NCBI GenBank assembly: GCA_963783995.1
Contig: CAWAPU010000001.1
Coordinates: forward strand, 212,348 to 276,347
Direction of reading: 5' to 3'
Source: an uncultured Acidimicrobiaceae bacterium
Lineage (GTDB): Bacteria; Actinomycetota; Acidimicrobiia; Acidimicrobiales; RAAP-2
DNA length: 64,000 bases
Shown here one piece after another: positions 18,378 to 28,840 of this stretch. Within the stretch, counting starts at the first letter, position 1. Each line of letters opens with the position of its first letter. The notes below the pieces were generated by a model, which worked only from the letters and a program-made list of their open reading frames with translations, did no database searches and was not told where the DNA came from. The translations under genes and the position numbers were made by a program.

Positions 18378-19259
18378 TCAGCCCGCCGCGTAGCGCGCGG
18401 CGATTTCTTCGAAAGCCTTGACGCTGCCGCTCCAGGGTCCCGTCTGGTCCGGGTGGTGCAGCACGAACTGATCGAAGCCGAGCGAGGCATAAGGAGCGGC
18501 GAGCTCGTCGAACTGGTCGGCCGACTCGATCACCGCCTCCGTCGGCATCCAGAGCAGCACCCGCCCGAGGGTCCCGCGGTCCCGTCCGGCCGCCGCCAGT
18601 ACCTCGTCGAGCACCTCGACCTGTCGACGCGCCGCGTTGAGCACGCTCTCGGGCGTGTGCACGACGCCCCCGGTCGGCCCGGTGGTGACCCAATTGTCGC
18701 CGTAGGTAACAGCGAGCCGCAGGCCTTTGCGTGCGCCGGCGGCCACGGTGAGCGGTATGCGTCGCTGTACGGCGCCGGGCGTGCTGGGCGCCTCGTGGGC
18801 GCCGTAGTGATCGGTCTGCATCGTGGTGCGTTCCGTGGGCGCGCCGTCCACGATCGGCTTGATGATGCGCAAGAACCCTTCGAACCGCGCCAGACGCTCC
18901 GCGGCGGACAGGGGTTCTTGGCCCAGCGCCGCAGCGTCGAATCCCTGGCTCCCTGGCCCGAGTCCGAGATCGAGCCTCCCGTCGCTCAGGTCGTCGAGCG
19001 CCAACGCGTCCCGCGCCAGCGCGACCGGGTGCCGGAAGTTGGGCGTGGCGACGAGCGTGCCCAGGCGGATCTGCGTGGTCGTCGTCGCGGCGGCGGCGAG
19101 CACGGGCACCGCGGCGTGCCATGGCCCTTCGGGCATCCCGCCCCACCGGATGTGGTCGTAGGTCCACGCCGTGGCGAAGCCGGCTTCGTCCGCCCACTCC
19201 CACTGCCGACGGGCCTGACGCCAGCGGTCGGTGGGGAGGATTACGAGCCCGATTCGCAT
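18378..19259 (-). CDS. LLM-class (luciferase-like) F420-dependent oxidoreductase
   Basis: 293 aa counted from ATG 19259: 'MRIGLVILPTDRW...FATAWTYDHIRWG...LGTLVATPNFRHPVALARDALALDDLSDGRLDLGLGPG'. Confidence 0.8.
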   Translation of the reverse strand: MRIGLVILPTDRWRQARRQWEWADEAGFATAWTYDHIRWGGMPEGPWHAAVPVLAAAATTTTQIRLGTLVATPNFRHPVALARDALALDDLSDGRLDLGLGPGSQGFDAAALGQEPLSAAERLARFEGFLRIIKPIVDGAPTERTTMQTDHYGAHEAPSTPGAVQRRIPLTVAAGARKGLRLAVTYGDNWVTTGPTGGVVHTPESVLNAARRQVEVLDEVLAAAGRDRGTLGRVLLWMPTEAVIESADQFDELAAPYASLGFDQFVLHHPDQTGPWSGSVKAFEEIAARYAAG

Positions 19260-19311
19260 CGTGGCGAACCCTAATCCGGAGCGACGGGCCGCCCGTTGTA
19301 CCTTGTCCGCG

Positions 19312-20139
19312 GTGGCCAACGAGACCGAGAGCAAGCGATGGAACGACCAGCGCTGGACCGATGCCTGGCCGTCCCGGGAGAAGCTCACCGACGCGGTGTC
19401 CCCCTTCCTCCTCGCTGCAGCGGATCCTCGGTCCGGCCAACGAGTCAACGACATCGGGTGTGGCGGCGGCGCGCTGTCGATCACGCTGGCGCAGACGGTC
19501 TCGCCCCGGGGCGAGGTGGTCGGGTACGACATCTCTGGACCGCTCCTCGCCCTGGCCGGGCGTCGTGCGGCCGAGGCCGGCGTCGCCAACGTCCGCTTCG
19601 TGGAGACGGACGTGCAGGCCGGCGACTGGGGCGGCGACGCACCGGCGGATCTGGCGGTCAGCCAGTTCGGGGTCATGTTCTTCGATGAGCCGACGAGGGC
19701 CTTTGCCGCCATCCGCCGACACCTTGTCCCCGGCGGTCGCTTGGTCTTCGCCTGTTGGCAGGGCGTGGAGCGCAACCCCTGGCACCTCGGCACCGCACTG
19801 CGAGGGCTTGTGCCACCGCCGAAGGTGCCGGCGCCGGGCAAGAGCCCGGTCGGGCCCTTCGCGCTCGGCGACGACGAATACGTGCGCGAGTTGCTCGAGG
19901 CGGCCTGCTTCGCGGAAGTTCGCTCGACGGGCCACGAGACCACAGTCCGTGCTCCGAGCAGCGCCGTTGTCGATCCGACGCTGTTCGGCTTCATGGGGAT
20001 ACCGCCGGAACGGCAGGCTGACGCACAGGCCGCCGCCGCACGTCATCTCGACCGCTTCGCCGTTTCCGCGACGGGGGACGGCGAGCGGCTCTACGACTAT
20101 CCGCTGGCCTTCATGATCTACGAGGCGAGCACGTCCTAG
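19312..20139 (+). CDS. Class I SAM-dependent methyltransferase
   Basis: Motif I 'VNDIGCGGGALS'. 'DLAVSQFGVMFF'. Start chosen at GTG 19312 (19261 is also possible) to avoid overlap with the divergent LLM gene. Confidence 0.7.
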   Translation: MANETESKRWNDQRWTDAWPSREKLTDAVSPFLLAAADPRSGQRVNDIGCGGGALSITLAQTVSPRGEVVGYDISGPLLALAGRRAAEAGVANVRFVETDVQAGDWGGDAPADLAVSQFGVMFFDEPTRAFAAIRRHLVPGGRLVFACWQGVERNPWHLGTALRGLVPPPKVPAPGKSPVGPFALGDDEYVRELLEAACFAEVRSTGHETTVRAPSSAVVDPTLFGFMGIPPERQADAQAAAARHLDRFAVSATGDGERLYDYPLAFMIYEASTS

Positions 20140-20143
20140 CGAC

Positions 20144-20543
20144 GTGGCCGGCTACAGCGGAACACCGCTCCCGAAGAAGCTCGGGATCACCGAGGACTCG
20201 TCCCTGGCGCTGATCGACGCGCCGCAGGGCGTCGTCGACGGCCTGCCGGCCGGCGTGACGGTCAAGCGCCAGGCCCGCGGGCTCGGCCGACGTGGTGGTG
20301 GCGTTCTTCACCCGGCGCCGCGACTTCGAGCGCCGGCTCGAGACGCTGGCGAAGATGATCTTCCCGTCCGGCGGGCTGTGGGTGGCGTGGCCGAAGCGCG
20401 CGTCGGGTCGGGAGACGGACATGCACGAAGGCGTCGTGCGCGAGGTGGCACTGCCGCTCGGCCTCGTGGACAACAAGGTGTGCGCGATCGACGAGACCTG
20501 GACCGGATTGCGCGTCGTCTGGCGTCGCGAGCGCCGGGGTTAG
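20144..20543 (+). CDS. DUF3052-family protein, one frame change near 20280
   Basis: 'MAGYSGTPLPKKLGITEDSSLALIDAP' (ORF 20144) continues as 'ADVVVAFFTRRRDFERRLETLAKMIFPSGGLWVAWPKRASGRETDM...GLVDNKVCAIDETWTGLRVVWRRE' (ORF 20292..20543). The junction lies at the ggg run 20279-20281. Confidence 0.7.
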
Positions 20544-20564
20544 CGCCACCGCCCGGATCAGAAG

Positions 20565-21224
20565 TCAGAAGATCGTGATGCTCGACAGCGGCCAGATCCG
20601 CACGTCGACCTTTCCGACGATCGTGGACTCTTTGATCGGGCCCCAGTACCGGCTGTCGCAGGAGAGCATGCGGTTGTCGCCCATGACGAAGACGTCGCCC
20701 TGCGGGACCCGGAACGGGTGATGCAATGCATAGCCCGCGCCCGACGGCCCGGGATACGTCTTGCCCTGCTCCGAGGCGGGCAACCAGGACTGGTCGAGCA
20801 ACTTGCCGTTGATGTACACGTTGCCTCCGGACAACGAGATCGTCTCTCCCGGCAGTCCGATCACCCGCTTGACGAGGTCAGCGACCGGCGGCCCGGCGCA
20901 GTCCTCGTTGGGGGGCGTCGAGAACACGATGATGTTGCCCCGGTCGACCCCGTGGAAGTCGTAACTCAGCTTGTCGACGACGATGCGGTCGCCGATCTGC
21001 AGGGTCGGCTCCATCGACCCGGACGGGATCGAGTAGGTGGCGATCACGAAGGTGCGCAGGAGGATGGCAATGACCACAGCCACCACGACGACGGTGCCCA
21101 GCTCCCACGCCCAGCGGGCAGACCTGTTCGCCGTCGCCGGGGAGGCCTCGGGCTCGGGGCCAGGGCCAGGGCCAGGGTTCTCGCCGGGGCCGGCGGCATC
21201 GGCCTGCTGCTCGTCGACGTCCAT
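20565..21224 (-). CDS. lepB: Signal peptidase I
   Basis: 219 aa. TM, then 'IPSGSMEPTLQIGDRIVV', 'VKRVIGLPGETI', 'FVMGDNRMLSCDSRYWGPI'. Confidence 0.9.
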   Translation of the reverse strand: MDVDEQQADAAGPGENPGPGPGPEPEASPATANRSARWAWELGTVVVVAVVIAILLRTFVIATYSIPSGSMEPTLQIGDRIVVDKLSYDFHGVDRGNIIVFSTPPNEDCAGPPVADLVKRVIGLPGETISLSGGNVYINGKLLDQSWLPASEQGKTYPGPSGAGYALHHPFRVPQGDVFVMGDNRMLSCDSRYWGPIKESTIVGKVDVRIWPLSSITIF

Positions 21225-21310
21225 GGCGCAGAGCAGTATTACCCGCCCACGCCCCGGAGGCGCGTCGCCGGGCTCCGCGGAACGGATGTGTCACGACTCG
21301 GCGCCAGAAT

Positions 21311-22039
21311 GTGGGGGTGCCTGAGGCCGTCATCTTCGACTTCTACGGGACGCTGGCCCGCTGGGCCGACACGCAGAAGGCCAGCTACGAAACGGTGTTT
21401 TCCTCTTTCGGCTACGAGTTGCCGCCAGCGGTCCGCGAAGGGTACTTCTCGCTCTACGACGGCGTGGACCACGCCGAGCATTCAGTCAGCGAGGACGCCT
21501 ACGAGGCCTGGGTCTGTTTTCGTCTGCGCGAACTGACCCGGACGTGCGGCGTGGACGAAGCGGAACGCGAGGCCGTGGTCGACGCGCTGCGCGATCTGGA
21601 CCAGCACCCGATGGTCGCGTACCCCGAAGCCGCCGAGACGCTCGAGTTGCTGCGCGACGCCGGGGTAACGGTGGGTGTCTGTTCCAACTGGGGCTGGGAG
21701 CTCGACTCCTTTCTCGAGCAGGTCGGGCTGCTGCGGCTCGTCGACTGTGCGGTCACGTCGGCACGGGCGGGCTCGCGCAAGCCCCATCCGGGGATCTACG
21801 CCTGCTCGCTCGAGGCGTTGGGAGTGCGGCCGGAGCAGGTGGTGTTCGTCGGGGACTCGTGGGAGCCCGACGTGCGCGGCCCGCGGCGCGAGGGGATGAC
21901 GGCGGTCCACGTCTGGCGACCAGACGAGCGCGTCGGTCAGGAGGCGCCCCCCCTCGAGCCAGGCGACCATCGGATCAGCGATCTGACCGGCGTCGTGCCC
22001 CTGGCGAGACCGGAGGGTGAAGTTTCTAGCCAGAGGTAA
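21311..22039 (+). CDS. HAD-superfamily hydrolase
   Basis: 'VIFDFYGTLARW' (DxYGT variant of motif I), 'VCSNWGWE', 'VFVGDSWEPDVRGP'. Confidence 0.75.
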   Translation: MGVPEAVIFDFYGTLARWADTQKASYETVFSSFGYELPPAVREGYFSLYDGVDHAEHSVSEDAYEAWVCFRLRELTRTCGVDEAEREAVVDALRDLDQHPMVAYPEAAETLELLRDAGVTVGVCSNWGWELDSFLEQVGLLRLVDCAVTSARAGSRKPHPGIYACSLEALGVRPEQVVFVGDSWEPDVRGPRREGMTAVHVWRPDERVGQEAPPLEPGDHRISDLTGVVPLARPEGEVSSQR

Positions 22040-25000
22040 TTGTCACGGTGTCGGTGGACGAGCTGGTCCCCGTGTTGGTCAGGCCGGCGGGTGGCGCCAG
22101 GGTGACCGTGTCGGAGAGCGAGCCGGTACCGGCGTCGGGCTCGGCGTCGATGATGAAGGAGATGCTGGAGCCCGCGGGCAGGTTCAACGTGTCGTCGATG
22201 TTGCCAGTGCCCTCATGGCCGGTGTCGCTTGCCCCCCCGCTGTCGTTCGAAACGAACCACATAGTGGAAATGAAGCTGTCACCGAAGACGTCGCTGAGGC
22301 TCGCTCCGTTCGCGGCGTTCGACCCGTTGTTGGTCACGGTGACCTTGTACTCGATGGTGAGGTCTTCGAGGATCGTGCCACCGGTGGTGTCGTTGGTAGC
22401 CGAGTTATAGGTTCCGCCGTCGACGTCGGTGATCATGACCCCGAGGTCGACGGAGCTGGGCACGTCGACGGTCGCTGTCGCCGTCGTGGTCGGGTCGGTG
22501 TCGACGGTGGAGCTCGAGACCGTGGCGGTCGTGGTCGAGCTGCCGGTGCCGTTTGCGTCCACCTCGACGAGCAGGGTGTCCGTGGCCCCGCTCGCAAGTG
22601 TCCCGAGCGACCAGGTCACCATGTGGGTGGAGGAGTCGTAGACGCCGCCGTCGCCGGCGGACACGAAGGCGAGGCCGGAGGGCAGCAGATCGGTGGCGCC
22701 GACGCCGGTGGCGGTCGAGGGGCCGTTGTTGGTGACCGTCACGGTGAAGCCGACCTGGGTGCCCAGGTCGGGCGCCGCGTTGTTGGCCACGTTGGTGATC
22801 GTGAGGTCCGACTGGGGGTCCAATGTGGTGGTGTCGGTGGAGGCGCTGTCCCCGGTGTTGGTGAGCCCGGCGGGTGGGCCGACCGTGGCCGTATCCGACA
22901 AGGTACCCGTGGCCGAGGGGTTGATCTCGGCCACGATGATGTAAGTGACGCTCTCGGCGGGGGTCAGGTCAAGTGTGTCGCTCAGGTCGCCGACGCCCGT
23001 GGGGTTCGTCTGGCCTCCGGTCCAGCTGTCAGAGCTGATGTCCGGATTCGAAGCCAACGGGTCGTTCACGGTCACACCCTCTGCGTCGTTGGAACCGCGG
23101 TTCGTGACGGTGAGGGTGTAGATGATCTCGCTTCCCGGTGTGGCGGTGCCACCGGTGGTGTCGTTGGTAGCCGAGTTATAGGTTCCGCCGTCGACGTCGG
23201 TGATCATGACCCCGAGGTCGACGGAGCTGGGCACGTCGACGGTCGCTGTCGCCGTCGTGGTCGGGTCGGTGTCGACGGTGGAGCTCGAGACCGTGGCGGT
23301 CGTGGTCGAGCTGCCGGTGCCGTTTGCGTCCACCTCGACGAGCAGGGTGTCCGTGGCCCCGCTCGCAAGTGTCCCGAGCGACCAGGTCACCATGTGGGTG
23401 GAGGAGTCGTAGACGCCGCCGTCGCCGGCGGACACGAAGGCGAGGCCGGAGGGCAGCAGGTCGGTGGCACCGACGCCGGTGGCGGTCGAGGGGCCGTTGT
23501 TGGTGACCGTCACGGTGAAGCCGACCTGGGTGCCCAGGTCGGGCGCCGCGTTGTTGGCCACATTGGTGATCGTGAGGTCCGACTGGGGGTCAATGTGGTG
23601 GTGTCGGTGGAGGCGCTGTCCCCGGTGTTGGTGAGCCCGGCGGGCGGGCTGACCGTGGCGGTGTTCGAAAGGTGCCCGTGGCCGAAGGGCTGACCGGCCG
23701 TCGATGGTGTAAATGACGCTCTCGGCGGGGGTCAGGTCAAGTGTGTCGCTCAGGTCGCCGACGCCCGTGGGGTTCGTCTGGCCTCCGGTCCAGCTGTCAG
23801 AGCTGATGTCCGGATTCGAAGCCAACGGGTCGTTCACGGTCACACCCTCTGCGTCGTTGGAACCGCGGTTCGTGACGGTGAGGGTGTAGATGATCTCGCT
23901 TCCCGGTGTGGCGGTGCCACCGGTGGTGTCGTTGGTAGCCGAGTTATAGGTTCCGCCGTCGACGTCGGTGATCATGACCCCGAGGTCGACGGAGCTGGGC
24001 ACGTCGACGGTCGCTGTCGCCGTCGTGGTCGGGTCGGTGTCGACGGTGGTGCTCGAGACCGTGGCGGTCGTGGTCGAGCTGCCGGTGCCGTTTGCGTCCA
24101 CCTCGACGAGCAGGGTGTCCGTGGCCCCGCTCGCAAGTGTCCCGAGCGACCAGGTCACCATGTGGGTGGAGGAGTCGTAGACGCCGCCGTCGCCGGCGGA
24201 CACGAAGGCGAGGCCGGAGGGCAGCAGATCGGTGGCGCCGACGCCGGTGGCGGTCGAGGGGCCGTTGTTGGTGACCGTCACGGTGAAGCCGACCTGGGTG
24301 CCCAGGTCGGGCGCCGCGTTGTTGGCCACGTTGGTGATCGTGAGGTCCGACTGGGGGTCCAATGTGGTGGTGTCGGTGGAGGCGCTGTCCCCGGTGTTGG
24401 TGAGCCCGGCGGGCGGTGTGAGGGTGGCGGTCGTTGAGAGTGTGCCCGTCGCCGACGGGCCGACCAGGGCGTCGACTGTGTAAATCACGCGGGAGCTCGC
24501 AGCCAAGTCGACCGTGTCGGCCACCGCGCCGGTGCCCGAAGGCGACGCGTCACTCGCTCCGCCCGTCGTCGATGCGGTCCACGAGTCGGACTCGATGGAG
24601 GCCGGCAGTGCATCGGCCACAGTCACGCCGGTCACGGGCTGCGGCCCGTCGTTCGCCACGGTGATGGTGAAGGTGATGTCGGCCCCGGGGACGGCCGACC
24701 CCCCGGTGGTGTCGTTGGAACCGGGGTCGTAACTGCCGCCGCCGTCGTCGGTCACTTTGACGCGCAGGTCGGCCGTCGCGGGTGGCGCTACCACGGCGGG
24801 GGTGGACACCGAGGCTATGCCAACGATGTCGTGCACCTTGAGGTCGTCGCCTGGGAGGGAGCCCTCATAGGGTGCATCTCCGAAGGAGAAGACGCCTCCG
24901 TCGACGCCCGCCATCCAATACCCACCACCGTCCGGCGTGGAGGCGACGCCCACGATGTCGTCGATTCCGACGTGATCACCCGGGAGCGATCCCTCATAGG

Positions 25001-25770
25001 GCGCGGTTCCGAAGGCGAACGCGCCACCGTCCGCTCCGACCAGCCAGTACCCGCCGCCGTCGCCCGTCGGGGCGATGCCCACGATGTCGTGCGCGCTGAC
25101 CTGCTCGCCCGGCAGCGACCCCTCGAAGGTCGCGTCGCCGAAAGCGAAGACGCCGCCGTCCGCCCCCACCAGCCAGTACCCGCCGCCGTCGCCCGTCGGG
25201 GCGATGCCCACGATGTCGTGCGCGCTGACCTGCTCGCCCGGCAGCGACCCCTCGAAGGTCGGCGTCGCCGAAAGCGAAGACGCCGCCGTCGGCCCCCACC
25301 AGCCAGTACCCGCCGCCGTTGCCCGTCGAGGCGATGCCGACGATGTCGTGCACCGTAATCCGGTCGCCCGGGAGCGACCCCTGGTATGTGGCGTCTCCGA
25401 ACGTGAAGACGCCGCCCTCTGAGTCAGTCAGCGCATCGCCTCCGCCCTCAGAGGAGGGGCCGATGCCAACGATGTCGTGGGCGGCGACTTGGTCGCCCGG
25501 GAGCGACCCCTGGTACGGCGCGCCACCGAAGGCGAATACCCCGCCGTCGGAGCCCACCAATTGATACGACCCGGCACCGCCGGGTTGAGCGGACGTCAGC
25601 TGGTCGTCCGCCATCAGCGCATCGCGGTGACCGGTGGTGAGCGCGTTCCAGGCGAGTCCCGCGACGAGACAGAGACCGAGCAAGATGAGCGGCGCGATGC
25701 AAAAGGAAGACGCCCGTGACCGTCGCCGACGCGCGCTGAGTCTCGCTCCCCGGCCATACGTCTCGGTCAT
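22026..25770 (-). CDS. Large N-terminally anchored surface protein: six ~43-aa 'GGYWLVGADGGVFAFGDA' repeats followed by tandem DUF11-type domains; frame break at about 25261 plus an out-of-frame patch at about 23591-23700
   Basis: ATG 25770 (or 25797), then TM 'FCIAPLILLGLCLVAGLAW'. The repeats run from ORF 24994..25797 into ORF 22026..25211. DUF11 signature 'DLTITNVANNAAPDLGTQVGFTVTVTNNGPSTATGVGATDLLPSGLAFVSAGDGG...VTWSLGTLASGATDTLLVEV' appears 3 times. No C-terminal sorting signal. Confidence 0.8.
22379..24415 (-). repeat. About 2.6 near-identical tandem copies of a 768-771-bp unit (two DUF11-type domains per unit)
   Basis: Identical antisense ORFs at 22429..22641, 23200..23412 and 23968..24180 (offsets 771 and 768). 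Long identical stretches are seen by eye, with more divergent partial copies on both sides. Confidence 0.85.
24810..25566 (-). repeat. Six tandem 129-bp (43-aa) coding repeats; two adjacent copies almost identical
   Basis: 'cagccagtac' recurs at 25041, 25170 and 25300. Copies 25041-25169 and 25170-25299 differ by one extra g (25261/25262) and one substitution. Confidence 0.8.
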
Positions 25771-25903
25771 CCGATCGACCCTCTCCCGCCCGACCATCTG
25801 TGGCGCGGGACGCTACCAAAGTGGAGCAACGACGGACGAGGCGTCGCGTTGTTTCGGTTCTCGGACCGAGTGAGCTACCAGGGTTGCCAACCCGCAAGCC
25901 GCC

Positions 25904-27594
25904 TCAAGCGATGACGGAGTCGACCGGGGCGCGCCCGTTGTCGGTCAAGCCCGCGGCCAACAGAGCGCGGTCGTCGTCCGTCAATGGCACGAACCGGACC
26001 TCGGCGCTGTCGAGCGGGCGCCACCACACCGGCTCGTCGCACGACCCACGCCTCTTCGCGCAGACGCGACCTTGGTGACCTTGCCCGTCGCGGTCTGCGG
26101 CAGCGACTCCGACACTCGGACGTAGCGGGGGAGCCACTTCGGGCCGAGGTCGGGCTGCTCGAGCAGCCACTGCGCGAAGGCCCCGGCGTCGAAGGGGCGC
26201 CCCGGCGCCGTCTCGAGCGCGACCATGACCTGATCACCCGCGCCCGACGCCGTGTCCGGCACCGGGTACACCGCAACCACCGCCACGTCGGGATGGCGCG
26301 ACAACACCGCCTCTACCGGGCCGGCCGAGAAGTTCTCCGAGTCGACGCGGAGCCAGTCGCCGCTGCGCCCGGCGAAGTAGAAGAACCCGTCCTGGTCGAC
26401 GTAGCCCAGGTCACCGGTCCAGTACCACCCGCCGCGCAGTCGCTCCGCCTCCGCGTCCTCGCGCCGGTAGTAGCCCTCGAAGCTCCCGCGGCCGCTGCGG
26501 TTGACGATCTCTCCGATCGCCTGCCCTGCGTTCAGCAGCTGTCCGTCTGGTCCGAACTCCGCCGGCGCGCACTCCTCGCCCGTCTCGGGGCTGATGACCG
26601 CCAGGTCGACGGCGTCGACCGGTTTGCCGAGCGCGCCCTTGGGCATGCCGACCACCGGGTTCACTGCGGCGCCCCCCTCGCTCTGGCCGTACCCCTCGAT
26701 CAGGTAGCACCCGAAGCGTTTGCGGAAGCGGCTGCGGTCGCGCACCGAGGCCTCGGTCCCGAACGCGCTCGTCAACGTGTTCTCCGCGTCGTCCGGTCGC
26801 TCCGGCGTGGCGAGGATGTAGGCGATCGCCTTGCCGACGTAGCTGAACTTGGTGGCCCCGAAGCGCCGGACATCGTCGAGGAACGCCGACGCGCTGAAGC
26901 GTGGCCGCACGGCGATCGCCGCCCCGACCATCACGGTCGGCCCCCACAACGCCATGAGCGCGTTCCCGTGGAACAGCGGCATCGGGCAGTAGCACACGTC
27001 GGAGGAGGTGTAGCCGTAACCGGGCGCCGCGACCTTGGCGATCCCCGCCAGCCGGCCCTGGGTGCACCGCACCGCCTTCGGCACCCCGGTCGTGCCGGAC
27101 GTGAAGATCAAGAGGAACAACGACGCCGCTTCCACGTCGCCGGCCCCGTCGACGAGCGCCTGCGCAGCAGGGCCGCCCACGAACTCGGCGATCAGCGCCT
27201 CGTAGCGCGGCGTCCCGATCACCAGCACGTTGTCCGGGTCGACCCCGAGGTCCAAACCCTCGAGCAGCGCCGCGCCCTCGTCGTCGGTGACGATCATGGC
27301 GCAATCAGTGGCTCGCACGTCCGCCGCCAACGCGTCGCCGCGCCGCGTCGGGTTGATCCCCACGATCGCCGCCCCCGCCAAGGCGGCGCCGTTGAGCCAG
27401 AACAGGTACTCGGGGCCGTTCGGCAGCAGGACGCCGATGTGCGGCAGCGCGTCGCCCATCAGCGACCGCGCCAGCGCGCCCCGCGCCGCCCCCTGCGCCA
27501 CGGCCTGGCGCCACGTCCAACTCCCCGAGGCGTCGATCACGCCGGTGCGGTCGTCCTCGGCCCGGGCGGCCAACATCTCGGCCACCGTCGTCAC
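25904..27594 (-). CDS. Acyl-CoA synthetase (AMP-dependent synthetase/ligase, FadD-like); two frame changes near the 3' end (about 26064 and 26045)
   Basis: GTG 27594 overlaps the upstream stop (GTGA). 'FTSGTTGVPKAV', 'WYWTGDLGYVDQDGFFYFAGRSGDWLRVDSENF', 'TATGKVTKV'. The expected tail 'RLREEAW' and 'CDEPVWWRPLDSAEVRFVPLTDDDRALL...VIA*' lie in the two other frames (ORFs 25875..26276 and 25904..26170). Confidence 0.8.
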
Positions 27595-28823
27595 GGCGAC
27601 GCCCCGTCGCCCGCTCCCGACCCGAAGGTCCGCCGCACCAGGCCCCGGTCGAGCCCGTCGACCGTCGCCGCCCCGCACAAGGCCATCGCCCGTCGTACCT
27701 CCGTCTCGAACCACCCGAGCATCCCGGCCACCCCGTCCGCGCCGCCCGTCGCCAACGCCCACAACGACGGCCGGCCTACCAGAGCGACTCGGGCCCCCAA
27801 CGCCAGCGCCTTCACCACGTCGGGCGCCCGGCGCAGCCCGCCGTCCACGTACACCTCGGCCCGCCCCCCCACCGCGTCGACTACCTCGGCGAGGATGTCG
27901 GCCGTCGCCGGCGCGTCGGCCAGCTGGCGAGCCCCGTGGTTGGACACCACCACCGCCGCCGCACCCGCGTCGACGCAGCGCACAGCGTCGTCCGCCCGCT
28001 GCACGCCCTTCACCACGACAGGTAGCGTGCTCAGCCCGGCCAGCCACCCGATGTCGTCGGGCGTCAGCGCCGGCTCGAACTCCCGAGTCACGACCGCCAT
28101 GAACCCACCCTCCCGGGCGCTCGACGTCGAGTCGCCGGCCAGGTTCGGCAGCGCCAGGTCGTCGGGCAGGTGCACCCCCGTCCGCCACTCGCGCAGCCGC
28201 AGCCCCGACACCGGTGCGTCGACCGTGAGCACCAAAGCCCGGTACCCCGCCGCCACCGTCCGTGCCACGAGCTCGGCCGTCCGCGAACGCTCCCGCAGCA
28301 CGTAGATCTGCATCCACCGCACCGCCTCGTCCCCCGTCGCCGCCGCCACGTCCTCCAAAGGGCACGTCGCAAGGGACGACAGGATCAGCAGCGCCCCCGC
28401 CGCCGCGGCGCCCCGGGCCGTCGCCACCTCTCCCTCCGGGTGCGCCAGCCCCTGGATCGCCGTCGGGGCGATCCCCACCGGCAACCCGACCCGCGACCCC
28501 AGCACCGTCGTCGCCGTCGACACCTCGTCGACCCCCGCCAGCACCCGAGGGTGCAGCTGCCAGCGGCCCCACGCCGCCACGTTCCCCTCCAACAGACGCT
28601 CGTCGTCGGCCCCGCCGGCGTAGTAGGCGTACGCCATCTCGCCGATGGCCAGCCTGGCCTCCCGCTCCAGCTCCTCGAGAGAGAGGTCGGTCACGAGCGG
28701 CGCCGGCCCCCTCAGCCGGAGCTCTGGCCCCCCCCCGCCAACCTCGGCGACCCCGTCCGGGTTACGCCCCGTCGGGCCGGTCCTGGCAGGATGAGCAGGC
28801 ACGAGCCGCATGGTAGGCGGCAT
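27591..28823 (-). CDS. FMN-dependent alpha-hydroxy-acid dehydrogenase/oxidase (LldD/glycolate oxidase family)
   Basis: 'AYAYYAGGADDE', 'PVGIAPTAIQGLAHPEGE', 'WMQIYV', 'VVVSNHGARQLADAP', 'VYVDGGLRR'. ATG 28811 is an alternative start. Confidence 0.85.
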   Translation of the reverse strand: MPPTMRLVPAHPARTGPTGRNPDGVAEVGGGGPELRLRGPAPLVTDLSLEELEREARLAIGEMAYAYYAGGADDERLLEGNVAAWGRWQLHPRVLAGVDEVSTATTVLGSRVGLPVGIAPTAIQGLAHPEGEVATARGAAAAGALLILSSLATCPLEDVAAATGDEAVRWMQIYVLRERSRTAELVARTVAAGYRALVLTVDAPVSGLRLREWRTGVHLPDDLALPNLAGDSTSSAREGGFMAVVTREFEPALTPDDIGWLAGLSTLPVVVKGVQRADDAVRCVDAGAAAVVVSNHGARQLADAPATADILAEVVDAVGGRAEVYVDGGLRRAPDVVKALALGARVALVGRPSLWALATGGADGVAGMLGWFETEVRRAMALCGAATVDGLDRGLVRRTFGSGAGDGASP

Positions 28824-28840
28824 GACGAAGGGGAGGTGGC

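Noticed and set aside
17572-20046. Very long ORFs antisense to or overlapping annotated genes. Examples: 17572..20046 (824 aa), 53921..57211 (1096 aa), 40940..42829, 60477..62240, 13709..15082, 22017..23693 and 12538..13611.
   Set aside because: Their translations are Arg/Gly/Pro/Asp-rich low-complexity strings with no recognisable motifs. They lie opposite to or out of frame with genes that have clear family signatures. They are typical shadow ORFs of high-GC DNA.
22379-25566. Regular direct repeats (768-771 bp and 129 bp) considered as a possible CRISPR or non-coding array.
   Set aside because: The repeats are in frame within one long coding sequence and encode DUF11 and propeller-like protein repeats. 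The periods are far too long and there are no unique spacers.
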